From Dimorphilus gyrociliatus (lineage: Eukaryota; Animalia; Annelida), in the NCBI GenBank assembly GCA_904063045.1, contig CAJFCJ010000009.1, forward strand, positions 2,046,968 to 2,110,967: a DNA stretch of 64,000 nucleotides. The letters are read 5' to 3'. Below the pieces are notes generated by a model that had not been told where the DNA came from, did not search any database, and was given only the letters and a program-made list of their open reading frames with translations. How positions within the stretch are numbered: position 1 is the first letter of the stretch; the number at the start of each line of letters is the position of its first letter. Position numbers and translations under genes: made by a program. Of this stretch, positions 1 to 14,100 are shown one piece after another.

Positions 1-611
1 ATAAAAGATTTATAATTTCTCCGGCTTGATTCACATGCATATGATCGATGCATTTTTCCACAATTTTTCTTGCCGTTAATAGAAACATTCGAGATCTGAA
101 CGGATAGAATGAATGGATTGATAGATAAATGAATAAATAACTAATGTAATTACCCGTCATCAATGAGTCTTAAGCATTCGGGACCATGATTTTGAAAATC
201 TTCAACAAGACCTGAACCATTTAAACTTTTTCTTTGACAAATTTTCCAGTAATCAATAACATACTGTATAATTATTATTCAAATTAGTAAATTAGGTTTT
301 AATTAGGTCTTTTCAATGGAAATATTTACACATAATCGGCCCTTCAAATCGATTAGCATGTGACAAACATGCTTAAATTCTCCAATTCCTCCAGAGAAGT
401 CTCTCTGTATTGTTGACAGAAATTTGACTTTGCTATAAGACGTAGAATCATATTTTTAGTAAAATATTCAAACCTTGTTTACATCATTACAAGCATCAAA
501 TATAGATTTATTAAAATTCTTGACTTCTTCTTCAAGAGAGGAGTATTTACAAGTCCTTTCCCAAAACGACGACTCCCCCATTATCCGAATGAAATCTTGA
601 AAAGCAACTGA
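1..611 (-). CDS. Partial multi-exon gene of unknown function (runs off the left edge; 5' exons unresolved)
   Basis: Four exons (611-474, 404-330, 263-154, 95-1) are joined by GT-AG introns of 69, 66 and 58 bp with consistent phases. They give one open frame: SVAFQDFIRIMGESSFWERTCKYSSLEEEVKNFNKSIFDACNDVNK/RDFSGGIGEFKHVCHMLIDLKGRLC/YVIDYWKICQRKSLNGSGLVEDFQNHGPECLRLIDDG/SRMFLLTARKIVEKCIDHMHVNQAGRNYKSF. No family recognised. Confidence 0.6.
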
Positions 612-2035
612 CTGAAAAAGATCTGATTCGTGCTTCTGTAGGCGATGCTTATTGGTCGAGTAGTTGGCCTATCCCTGCTCAATATTATTCTTCGCGTTAT
701 TGTTAGAGATATTTGCTAATTTTTAATATTACACAATTAAAGATGTACTCATAATTCTACAACATATCTTTGATAACTGAGAAAAAACTGATGGCTTATT
801 CTCAAGAGTTCAGACTTGTAACTACTGTTTATGGTACTGCTCTATAAAGCATTTTTGAGTACTTATCATAAACAACATTGCATTGAAAGCAAGATAAGAT
901 AGCGAAATGATAATAGACTGTTTTGTGATATTTAGTATTTTATATAAAGAAACCTGCCTTTGATGCAAAAATCAAAACTTCCTCATAGCTTTATTTCAAA
1001 CTCGAAATGGCGGTATAGTGTATTCTATAAATAACTTACAAAATGGAAAGTCCCTTTTTTTCCATAGATGCGATAAATTGATAGAAACAGAGTAGTCACA
1101 ATGAAATGTTACGCATTATATATTTAAAATTATTTAGTTTTATTACAAGATGTTATCATTACCAGAGAAAATATTCTACAATTGTTGAATAGAATTTTTA
1201 TGTGTTATTGAAAAACTTTGGACGGAAACGGGAGAAGCAGTAAAAGAGAGAGAGAGAGAAGGAGAGAGAATGAAAGAGGGAGGGAAGATATAGAAAAACA
1301 TTCATTTATAGTCATACACACGTAAACACAAATAGCACACACAAAAAAAACAAAGATAAATGATTGAAACAAGATATGATTTTATTCTCATATAGACTAT
1401 GATTCATTATATCCATTACATATTTGTTATGATTTCCCCAGCTTCTTTCTTTGGCATAGTTTAAGATATAGAATATGTACCGCTCTATTGTCATTGCTTC
1501 GCTATTGTAAAATGATCTTTTTACGTCATTAGTAATGCTCCTAAAGAAAATAGTCCTATATGTATCAGACTACTTTTTCATACTTTAACAAAAACGTACC
1601 AATTCTTTGCATACCTTTTTCTATACTGATATATATTTTCATCTTTTATTTTATTCTCTCTCTTTAACCCCTGAAGGATTGTTCTGGGAAGAATAAATGA
1701 TCCCTATTGTAGAAATCGTTCCTGCCTCTCCAACGATGATGACAATTAATGTTCTAATTAGATTTACTATTATATATTATATAGGTTAAATGTGTGTATG
1801 CTATCAAGCGAATCAAACTATTCAATTCATAAAAAAACAGGTCATTTTTTAATAGAAAAAGCAAAGAAAAGAGATACTCTTTTCATTAAAATCACAAATA
1901 AGATAGACCTCTATCTTTCTCTCTAAAACAAGCCTATAAAACAAACTTATAACAGATTTTGTACTTTATTCAGTTTTTGGACAAAACTAGAATTCGAGTA
2001 GGAGATAAAAAATATGGATAAAATGTTCGTTAGGC

Positions 2036-2036
<1 letters not shown>

Positions 2037-2068
<32 letters not shown>
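2037..2068. repeat. (GATA)8 microsatellite
   Basis: Eight perfect GATA units, flanked by near-identical 14-mers ATGGA(T/C)AAAATGTT at 2014-2027 and 2079-2092. Confidence 0.9.
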
Positions 2069-2069
<1 letters not shown>

Positions 2070-3105
2070 AGAAACGTAATGGACAAAATGTTAGATAAAA
2101 ATCTATCCTTTTTTTCATTTAAAATTTCGATTATTTGTCATTTTTATCTTTTAAATAGAACTCTTAATTTCATTTTTATAACAGCAATAACTTTAGTTAA
2201 TTTTTAATATTTAAGATATAAATTGAATAAGATATAGTTACTATCTAAATATGTTTTTAATGGATGCAAATGCTTCTCTAGGTAACAAAAGGTTATCAAA
2301 GAAAACGAAATTAAAGAAAAGTAAAAGTTCGTCGTCAAAGAATAATGTATTATTAAATAATATAACTTTTTATCGAACAATTGGTATCAAGAATAAACTT
2401 ATATGCTACCAAAGTAATAATCAAGCTATTATTAATAGAGAATCAATTAGAAAACCATTATGGAGAGGACATTAAATGCATAAATTTTTTTGTTTAAGTA
2501 TTAGTATATGATAATTATAAATTGAATACAAAAGAAATACCTTATTTCATCCTTTACTTTCTACTATTAGAAATGGAAAATTTGTTACTAAAGCTTATGA
2601 CGAGATCCTTAATAAAAAACAGAGATCATCTAACATAAACAACCTACGAGCGCCGTCTGTTAGAAAAATAACAAACAACTCTTTTAATAAATAAACTTTT
2701 AAACAAATGTTTATTTTAAGAATATGTTAAAATTATTACAATCCAATTCAAATTCTGAAAGTAAAAACTGGTAGAAAAATTCCATAATATCCATCATAGG
2801 TATTTGAGCTAATAATAGAGTGTTTCTTGAAAAGAAATATGTAAAACATATATATATACAGTATATATACAATCTAATAATTTATGCAATAAGTATTTTC
2901 AATGTTGAAACAAACCTTACAGATCAATGTTCAAGATTACTCTTGTAATACTAACCTCTATTTTCGATTTTGGAGTCTTAACATAGAATATTCTCACTGA
3001 AATATATTTTGTCCCATTTCTCTTCATCTAAATAAAAATCTAGTTTATGCAAATATCCAATGACAATACAACTCGTCTTAAAATGTCTTATTGCGCTATG
3101 TTTTA

Positions 3106-6100
3106 CTATTTCTTATAAAAACCGATGATTAACTTGTTATGATGATTAAAATTTTTGATGAATTTTTGAGTTTGATTGATAATGTTTTGGTTTTTAGGAC
3201 AGGAAGAATTTTGATTGGGAAGGTAGCTTCTTTTTCCCTCTCCGTTCTTTAACCAACACCAAAGGATTAATTCAAGAATATAATACTTACGTGGCTGTTC
3301 TGTTGTAGTTAATGTTGTTGTTGGTTGTTTGGGGATGCAAAAGTATCCGTTGCCAATATATCCATCTTTGCACATGCAAGAATATCCTGGTTCTGAGTTT
3401 AGGCAGATAGCGTTATCGTTACATTTATGTAACGCTCTCTCACACTCGTTGATATCTATTTGAATAATTAAAAATTATTATGAATTACTAAAAATACAAA
3501 TAATCTCTATACTGACCAACGCACTTGCCATTTACCATCTCACTGCCTTCCGAGCATGTTAAAGGTTCGGTTGGTGCAAAAGGATCCCTTTCGCAAATAT
3601 ACTTAACATTTGGACTATTACAAGATAAAACTGCCCAATAGTATTTGCCATTAAATTCTCTTTCAACAGCACATTTGAGAGGGATTGTTGCTATCAAGGG
3701 ATTGTACCAATTTTCGTATTCATTTAACGATGAACCATCATGCCATTTCCAAGAGATAGCTACAGAACAAAAGAAAAATATATAAACTTTTTCAATATCT
3801 AAATTTCATCTCTTAAATCTACTTACGTCTTCTCTGTAATCCAATAAACGCATAGTCAATGTTGTTCTTCCTCAATAATCTTTGTACGGCATCTTCAGCA
3901 GCTTGACTCTTCATTTAGTGCTCATTTTAGAAATTTAAAATATATCATCTTTAAATTAGCTCACCTTGATTATCACCGGCTTCTTAGATTCAGATTCACA
4001 GTCATCTGCTATACTTAGACAATGATCTCTAGATTCTATTTCATCATCAGTGCAGAGACCTGTTGTTGTTGGTGATGTTTGTGTTGATGCTTCAGTAGAT
4101 GTTGATGTTGTAGATTTTATTACGCACTGTCCGTCTCCCGGTACGTACGGTGGAATGCAGATACATTCATATGAACCTAAGGTATGTCTGCTTAATTCAA
4201 TTTCAATTTAATTTGAAATATACCTGGTATATTTTTGCATATTGCTATTGGTGGACTCTGACATTGGTTATTTGTTATACATTCATTAATATCAACACAC
4301 TCTCCAGCAACCAACTCATATCCTGATCCACACTCTTTAGGTGTTGTCGAAATAGGTGTTGTTGCCAGTGGATCCCTTTCACAAATGTATTTAACATTAG
4401 GAGTATTACAGAAAAATGGTTTCCAATTATAAGTTTGCCCATCTTCATTAACAGCCTCAATTACGCATGCGAAGAATGGAAGATGGAAAGTTCCTGGTTT
4501 CCATGCATTATATGATCCTAAATATTCGTTATTCCACCATTTCCATTTATTGGCATCTTTCTCTAGTCCAATATATCCACTTTGTATGTTGTTCAAACGA
4601 AGGAAAGAGCTAACAGCCAATTGTGTTTGACGATTCTATCAAAAGATAAGTTGATATTCAATTAGAGATGAAGATATGGAAAATAGATAAAGAAAGGAAA
4701 TTAACCTCAATTATAACAGGTTTCTTAGCTTTAGTATAGCAGTCATCTTCAATACTAATACATTTATCATTAACTCCCATTTCGCTTTCTTCACATTGAA
4801 CTAGTTACATTTTTTATTTTAAAAAAGGCGTATTAATCAATAATCTTAATGTGATGTTATCTACCTGAACTAGTTGTTGTTGTTGGAGCTTCTGTTGTTG
4901 TTGTCATAGTTGTTGTAGGAGCTACACATTCGTCACCAATTTTCTCGTACGGTGGAAGGCACGCACACTCAAAAGTTCCTAAGAAATAGTTATTTAATTT
5001 TCACTTATTTTATATTTCAAGTAGTGATACCTGGTTTATTGGAGCATATAGATATCGGTGGACCTTGACAGGGATTGCTTAAGCACTCATCAATGTCGAT
5101 GCAATCTCCATCAACCAACTGATAACCAGGCGAACATGTCTTAGGAGTTGTGGGCGCTACTGTCTCTGTAGGATCTCTAGTACAGAAGAAGGGAAAATGA
5201 GATAGAGAGCACAAGAATGCTTGCCATTTCATGACACCAATCTCGCCATTTGCAATAGCACAGCTCATCTGGGGGGGTGCATTAGTTCCACTGGTATCGA
5301 AACTTGAATAATCAAGTGGACTATTATCCCTCCATATCCATTCTCCGTTGATCTTATTTATACCAATATAGCCAAGACGTTGATTAGTAGCATCCATTAA
5401 TCTTTGAAGTGCTTCCTCTATAGCTTTACTCTGATGGAAATGAATTATAGTTATTGTAAAATATAGAAATTTTCGCAGCAAACCTTAATCATTATTGGTT
5501 TCTTTCCTTTACTATAACAATCATTTTCGACGCTAATACATTGTCCATTAACTCCTATTTCTGTATCTTCACAATCGGCTGCAGTATGAAACAGTGTTAT
5601 AAAATATGTAAAGAAAAGTAACGATATCTGTTTAATCAACCTCCAGGAGTAGTTGTTGTTACAGTTGTTGTTGCTGTGGTAGTCGCTGGTAGAGTACATA
5701 CTTTACCATCCCCTTTGTAAGGATTAATACATAAGCAGTGATATCCACCTGAAGCACAATTAAAGGGATAAAATTATTTATGAATTATTCATTTTAGAGA
5801 AATAACAAAAATATAACCTGGTGTATCCAGGCATTTTCCTGCAGGTTCAGGAGCGCAATCGTTATCTCCATTTGTGCATTCATTAATATCTATTCAAGGC
5901 AATCGTAAAGACAAGTTAAACAATAATCACTAACTTCCAATAATTTTAGCTTACTTTGACAAACTCCATCAATGTTTTCGAATCCCGGTTGGCATGTTAT
6001 AGGTTCTGGAGTAGTAGTTGGTTCTGAACCTTCGTATTCGCATAAATATTCAAATGGAAGAGAACACGGGAAGCTCCTCCAATCTACATAAAGAACGCTG

Positions 6101-8121
6101 TAAAACAATTTTAACAAAACATTTTGATTGCGTTCTAAAGAAAAATTTTAATAAGGAACTTACGCATTGCTCATGATAACACAAGTTAGAATTGGATTAT
6201 TGAAGATAGGTTGATTTACACCAAAGTCATCAAAGAGATTTTCCCTGTTTTCTAAAGACCATTTAGAACCGTCGGCCCAGGTGAAAACAGACTTTCCGAT
6301 TCCATCAAGTGTAAGACCAATGAAAACATTTTGAATATTCCTCTCCTGAAGGAAGCTTTCAGCCAATATATTTGTGGCCTCATCGACTATTGAGAGGGGT
6401 TTCATACCATGCTCTGCACAATCTTTTCTAATGCACATACATATGTTTTCCTTGAATTGGCAATCGTCAGGGCATTCTAGGGAAAAATTTATGCTCTCTA
6501 AGTGAAAAAATTTCCAATATTAAAATAAAATTACGTATAGGTGCCTGTGTAGTTGTCGGTGGAAGAGTGGTTGTTGGTGGAATAAGAGTACACTGAGTTC
6601 CATCACCTTCATATCCGGCTTTACATTCGCATGTATAAGATCCTTGTGCGTTAATACAATTAGCATTTTCATCGCAATCGTGAGTACCACTGCATTCATC
6701 AATATCAATACATTCCTTCTTATCATTCATTTGGAAACCACTGTGACAAATACAGTCATAAGTTCCAATATCATTAACACAGGATGCATTTGGACCACAG
6801 TCAACAGTGTCACATTCATTAATGTCATCACACTTATCTTTTCCATCACCTTTGAACCCATCTTTGCATTTGCATTCATAAGTTCCAGGTTTATTTGTAC
6901 ACTCAGCTTCATTGTGGCATGTGTGTAAGTTTTCATTGCATTCATTGATATCTATGTACACAATGAGGAGGTCAGTTTTAAGATTAAAAAGCTTGTTTGA
7001 TAATACCTTCGCATTTTAAATCTGAATTTCTTCTATATCCATTGGGACACGGCGGAGCTAATACATAAAAGTAAAAATATCTGATTACACTCACACTATC
7101 AATATAACAAAAGATGTACTTACGTTCTTTACATTCAAAACCATCACCTTGAAAACCAGGTTTACAAACACAACTGTAACCTGGACTTTCATTAAAGCAA
7201 TCAGCATTGTTGCTGCATTTATCACTTCCATCATCACATTCATTAATATCGGTACATGATCCATCATCTTGCATTTCATATCCACTCTTGCAACTGCATT
7301 TTTGGATGCCTTCTGAATTTGAGCATATTTCATTGTCTCCTGTACAGCCTGGGAAATTTGAACATTCAGCTTTCTGTCCGGGTTTGCATTCGCATCTTTT
7401 TTTACAATCTTCTTGTAGCCACTTCTCTCCCAACTAAATATTTTAGTTTATGAATATGTTAATTACATTGTATGTATATATATATATGCCTAATTTAATT
7501 TAACCTTATAAATTGTACCATCAGCACCAGTACAATCTGTATTGCAGTTACTTGGCAATACGCATTCGTTGTCAATCATAACAAATCCAGTCTTACAAAC
7601 GCAAGAGTCAACATCTGGTTCATCGCAATTTGGATCACCCTAAATTGATATTTTTTTTTACGATTCATCATTAATATATGATTTAGCTTATTATTTTAGG
7701 CTTACATTTGGATGTTCGCATGTTGGTGGACAACCTGGAGCATTCTTTTTATATTCCATATTTGCGGGACAGTCAGTAGCTATAGAAATAGATGTGTTTA
7801 CATTTTAAAAAGTTCTTTAAAAAATGAATATTAAGTTACGGCAATTTGCTTCCTCTCTCCAATCTGGATTGTAATTATCAATGACATTATTACAAGCTTC
7901 GACAAACTTTTCAACAGCTGAACACAATGACACAGTTTGCTCATCATTGACAATGCATAAATCGTAGACGCATTCATCGTAGAAGGTTATCGCATCTATG
8001 TTAGGCTTGGCAATACATTGTGAAAATACACCAGTGCTATCTTTAATTATTGAACATAAACGTTTGGCTTCCGCATATTCTGCATCAGTACATTCGGGTC
8101 CAGGTTCAGTTGGTGGTTTAC

Positions 8122-8160
<39 letters not shown>

Positions 8161-11100
8161 TAATAATCACTTTAACAAGTTAATATAGCTATACTAAACT
8201 GTTTTGGACAATCGTCACAAGGTACCTCGTAGCTATTACCCAATTGAGGATATCTCTTTTTACCTCTTCTACCATGTGGCTTTCCTGGTACTGGATTTCC
8301 TGCTTTATCTCTATAATCGTTTGTCTTATCACCATTGAAATCACCGCAGATGCCGCACATTCTAATTAAGTGAAATAGAGTATGATATGGGTTTAAAACA
8401 AAAATGTACATTAGTACTTATTCTTATAGTTTGGTGGAATATGGATTTGTGTATTTGTTCTACCATCAAAAGTGACAACGAGGCCAAAAGTTGTTTTTAC
8501 TACTGCATAACTTCTCCTTCCTCTCCTCTTTTTGTATATTTTCAAACCCTTTGCCCTATCTCTAAATGATCTAATTATTCTCCTGCCATTAACGATTATT
8601 TTCAATCCTTGATCTAGTCTTATCTTGTAACCAAAAACTTCAATATCAACATATTTTGTCCAAGACACATCTCTATTCCTTCTACCAGGATATTTCCAGT
8701 TTCTGGCAAAAACTTTAAAGTTTGGCAAGTTTTCTTGCTCCTCTTTTGGACAAGGTCTAGAGTTTTAACAATTTTATTTGAAATACAGGTCAAGGTGAAT
8801 ACTCGTATGCACTTACTCGGCCAAAGTATATTTACAAGTACCCATAAAGTCCAAACGAGCTCCATCAAATGTTTTATAGTGAGGATCACCAGAAGCTTGA
8901 CACCACGCAGCCTTTTCGCATTTCTTAACTCCCTTGTCGTTTATTAAAGTGAAACCAGGATAGCACACGCAGAAATATCGGCCAGGTTTATTAATGCATT
9001 TCATATTTGCACCGCAAGGTTTGCTTAGACATTCATTAATATCTGTAAAAGATGTTTAATAATTAATACTCTTTGTTTATGCTCATTTACTTTTATCTTC
9101 TTAAATAAAGTTTAACCTTCGCAAGGACCATTTGGTAAGACTTTTCTTTTATATCCAGGGTCGCAAGGTATGACTAATTTTAAAAAATTTTAGTGCAGAA
9201 TTAGTATATTTAGTAACAATAGCATCAAATTTTATGTAAAAACCTTCGGTACAAATGATACCATCTCCAGTGTAACCAGCATTACAAGTACATTCATAAG
9301 TACCAACTTTATCTCTGCATGTTGCCTTTTCATGACATTTATTCAAATCATCGTTAGCGCATTCATCAATATCTAAATAAAATATTTTTATATACTAAAT
9401 AGTTAATTGGTCTTTACTTATGTATCAACTTACTTGTGCATTTTCCAGCGATCATTTCATAGCCTTTTGGACAGTGGCATCCTCTAACTCCATCTTTGAT
9501 TTTGCAAATAGCCAATGATGGGCAAGCTGGTAGTGAAGTCTTGCTAAATTTTCCATTGGCTTGACATACATATTTGTATTTACAATCATTTGTAATATAT
9601 CCATCACCGACCTAAAAATATATGAAAATGCTAGTTTTAGAATTACCCTGAAAAGGTATTCCTTACGGAAAAGTATCTATCATCAGGAGCCGTACAACCG
9701 CATTGATCCTCTTTAACACATTTATCACCGCTGAGAACATAGCCTGTATTACATTGACATCCTTCCACAGGTTCAGCATCGCAATTATCAGGATTATCGT
9801 CTGGGTTTGCGCAAGTAAGAGGACAGCTTGATGAGGTTGGTGAATATGAGCTATTTGGTCCGCATGGTAATGCTTTAAAACGAATAAATTCAAATTTTTA
9901 GGAAATCTTTCAAGCGGAAGAATAAAGTATAATTACGGCAGAAATTGGCTCTTCTCCATAGAACATTTTTTCCTGCTTGTTGTTCGCAGAGAACCGCTAA
10001 TGTTTCTAATGCTTTGCAGAGCATATCATCGGTTTTAGCCAAGCATAAATCGTACGTGCACTCTTCGTAAAGCTTTTTACAAGTAATATTAATAAGGCTT
10101 TAATTCAATTTTCTACAAGAAATACTTACATCATTAACTAGGGATGGATCTTGACTATTCAATATATTGATACAATCTTTGAAAGGTCCTTGAACATTCT
10201 TAATAATACCACATTTGTTGTTTCCTGAAATTTCTGCCATTTCATCTTCATCACAGTTTGGCTGAGGATCATCTGGTTTTTTACAAGCAGCTTCTCCATA
10301 CTGATCTGGTACTTCCCAACTATTTCCAATCTTTGAATATCTTCTCCTTGTAATTTTACGTCCTCTTCTATCAAAAGTAACAATGTCTGGTACTACGATA
10401 TTTCCATTGGAATCAGAGTAATCATCATTTCTGTTTCCATTGTAATTACCACATAAACCGCACATACCACTGAAATTAGTCATTGCCTTAATAAGTTAAA
10501 TGAATTTCTCTCAAAGTTATAACTTACATATTTTTATAAATATCTGGTATTTTAACATAAACTGACGATCTACCATCGAAACTCACTTGAAGACCGAAGG
10601 TTGTTGTAAGTTTAACAAATCGACCACTGAACTTTATTAAAAGACCAGGTGCTCCTGCCAATGCTTTTATTGGTAAATTATAGGCCTTTGGATTTTCCTG
10701 TTTCATATTTTGTTTGTGTGTTTTAATTTATTAAAGTTAGATGCAAAATAATAAAAACTTACAGCAACAAAGCCGGTATCTATCTTCTTTAAAGTAGAAA
10801 TGATAACCTTTCGTTTTTGATCCAATTTAATTTCATAACCGTAAACTTGAACGACAACGTATTTTGTGTATGAAACGGTTGTCTTTCTTCCTCTATGCTC
10901 ATTCTTTACTTCAACGTTAAACATTGGAACGCTAACTTTTTCGGATTTGGGGCAAGGTTTAACCAATGTATAGCGGCAAATACCCATAAAATCGATTTTA
11001 GCTCCATCAAAAGTCTTGTAATGGGGATCTCCCGAACCCTTACACCATGCAGATCTTGAACATGATAATTTACCATTAATTAATCTTTTTTGATAACCTC

Positions 11101-14100
11101 TTCTACATCTACATGTAAAACCACCAATTCTATTGATACAGTAAGAATTTGGAGGGCAGTCATCAGTTTTTAATTGACATTCGTTGACGTCTTTGCAAAC
11201 TTTAGCTCCGTTTTCCATTCTGAATCCATCATTACATTCACATTTATAAGAGCCTATAATATTGACACATTTATGTGGGCAGACACTTGGAGTTTGCTTG
11301 CATTCATCTACGTCTTCGCATTTATTGTCCTTGTTGACGAATCCTTTACGACATATGCAATCATATCCCCCAACCTTATTTTTACATTCAGCCTCTGGAG
11401 GACAAACCGCAGCTATTTGATCATCATCGCTCGATACAGTTTTACATTCATTGATATCCTCGCAATAAGTCTGACCATCTCCTGCATAACCAGATTTGCA
11501 TTTACATTTTCTTTCCCCATCTTCAATACCACATTCTGCCAAAGTATGACAAACAACTTGATCTTCTTTGATCTCACCTCCTTGAGAACAGGTGTACTTT
11601 GTGCCACATTGACTGTCACCCCAAGTTTCTCCAAGCTGTTTATACATACCATCTGCGGTCATGCAACCACATTCCGTTTCTGGCACACAGTCTGTTCCTG
11701 ATTGAACGAAACCAGGATTACAAACACAACCATCGCTAGGTGCAACTGTACAAGTTTTAGGAGCTTCAGGATCTTGACATGTTGATGGACAGGCTGGTGC
11801 GTTAGCTTCATAATGCATGTTTGGTCCACAAGGTAGAGCTATTTACATGAAAAAAAGTATAGAAGGAACATTAAACTTTAAGAACATATTTAAAGAGTTT
11901 TAAAAGTAAACTTACGGCAGAATGTTGCTGTTCTCCAACTGACTTCGATACCATTAGCTTTGCAAGAGTCAGCATAACTTTGAAGAGATTGACACAAATC
12001 AGTTATTTTTCCCTGTGCAGCGCAAACATCCATCTTACAACTTTCGAAATGATCAGTAATAGGCGTACTGGCATGGCATGCTTTAAAAGCTTCCATATTT
12101 TTTAGGCGACCACAAAAGTTATTTCCTTCGTATTCAGCCATTTCGGCAGTTGTACAGGAAACGTCATCATCATCCTCAGGTTTCAAGCATCTATAATTTG
12201 AATTTATATTCGAAAATTTTTAGTTTAAAGCATTCAAATTAAACTTATTAACTCACTGTTCATTGGCTGAATTGGTTGTATCGTCTGGTACTTCCCAACT
12301 GTTACCAATTTCAAAATATGGTTTCTTAACTGACAATCCCTTAGGATAATAATCATCTCTTGCCTTTTGGAAAAAATGGACAAATTAAAATCATTTACAT
12401 ATGTATTAACTCTATATTGTTAATTATTAATTATCTTTAGCTTACGTTTCCATTCCAGTTTCCACAAAGACCGCACATTTTGTTCTGATATTGAGCTGGT
12501 AGTTTAACAACAGCCATATGGTTTCTCTCAAAGCTAACTTGAAGACCGAAATCGGTTGATACAACCAAACGATAACCGCATTGGAGTACAACCTTCAATT
12601 TGCCGTCTAAGTATTCAACAGTGGGATTAACTCTAATTCCATTGACGAGAACAACACGATTTTTCATTAGGCGAATAGTGTAGCCATACACTTTTACATC
12701 AACAATTTTAGTATGAGCAACTTTTTTACTGCTTCTGTGCTCGTTTTTAACTTCGACATCGAATTTTGGCAAAGTTCCTACTTTGTCAGTGCAAGGTTTG
12801 GCAAGTGTATATTTACATGTTCCTTGGAAATGGATCATAGCTTTGTCAAAAGTTCTATAATGGGGATCTCCCGAAGCTCTACATTCTCCGGCAACTGTAA
12901 GTTTGTTAATAATTTAATAAAAGTTATCCGTTGTTTATTCACTTATCCCTACTTCCGCATGAAAGAACGCCTCCAATGATCTTTGGTGTTCGTCCTCCTT
13001 GACAAACACATCTGGAACCACCTCTATCGTCAATACATCTTGCTCCACTACCACATTTAAGCTTACCAGTTTTACCTAATCAAAATTATCATTTAAGTCT
13101 ATTATGATGTCATTAATAAATATTTAATACAAACAATCAGTGCTACGGATATAGTCAACTCTAGCTTCGCAAACATAGCGAACACGTGTACCACAATCTA
13201 TACTCTCCCACTCTCCAGCATCGTTCCCGACAGATAGGAAAGCAGCGCAAGCTTTTGATAAAACGGTCTCTGCCTCCTCAGACGACCTAAGCCAGTTTTT
13301 GTAAGACTGAAAAATGGATTTTTTTACAAAGTTAAAGCTATTCTCTGATTATTAGATCAATTTAGTTCTTACTCCGTATTTAGTTCCGTCAAACCATCTC
13401 CATTGATTTCCTGATGACTGAGAAGAAGTTCCCCAGCCCCAGCCCCATCCCCAACCATGCCATCCTCCTGTGTTTCCAGACGAGGAACCAGTTTTCTTAA
13501 GACCAATCCATGCTTTTGAACTAACTGTTGCTTCTTGTCTAACAAAGAAAAAATTACTCGAATGAATATACTGTATTTACTATGAGATGAAATGTACTTA
13601 CAATATTTTTTGGACAAAATTTGATTCATCACTATTGCTAATACTTGCCAATGTTCCACCAGCAGCTTTACAAAGTTCATTAGCATCGCTTTGAGATTTA
13701 GTATCAGTGGAAACTCTGTAACATTTACCACCGTATGTCTTCCATCCAGTTGGGCAATCGACTGAAATTTTTCATTAGGTAAGATTGAATGAAAGTAAAT
13801 ATATTTAATATATCAACATACTATCAATTCGATAATCGTTACGTCCTCTGTATTCGCAAACAAAACCTCTCTTGTCAGAACATCGGCCGATATTCCATTT
13901 ATGATTAGAACTTGTTGCGTAACCGCAGTCCAACGTGTTACTTCTACTTGGCTATTAAGATAAGGTGTATGATTGAACACGTACATATTTCATAATAGAA
14001 TGAATTTATTATATACTTGATTAGTATTCCAGTATGTTCTTCCTGAAACAGTTCTCTTTTGACATCCAAGTATCCATTCAAATCTACCTTCCTTATATCT

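Noticed and set aside
2014-2092. 14-bp direct repeats around the GATA array as target-site duplications of a mobile element
   Set aside because: Only 13/14 identical, AT-rich, with no terminal inverted repeats or internal coding; simple slippage is sufficient.
1312-2475. ORF-track entries 1312-1494 (-) and 2251-2475 (+), and a short ORF near 1694-1790
   Set aside because: Low-complexity AT-rich translations with no motifs or supporting splice structure; expected by chance.
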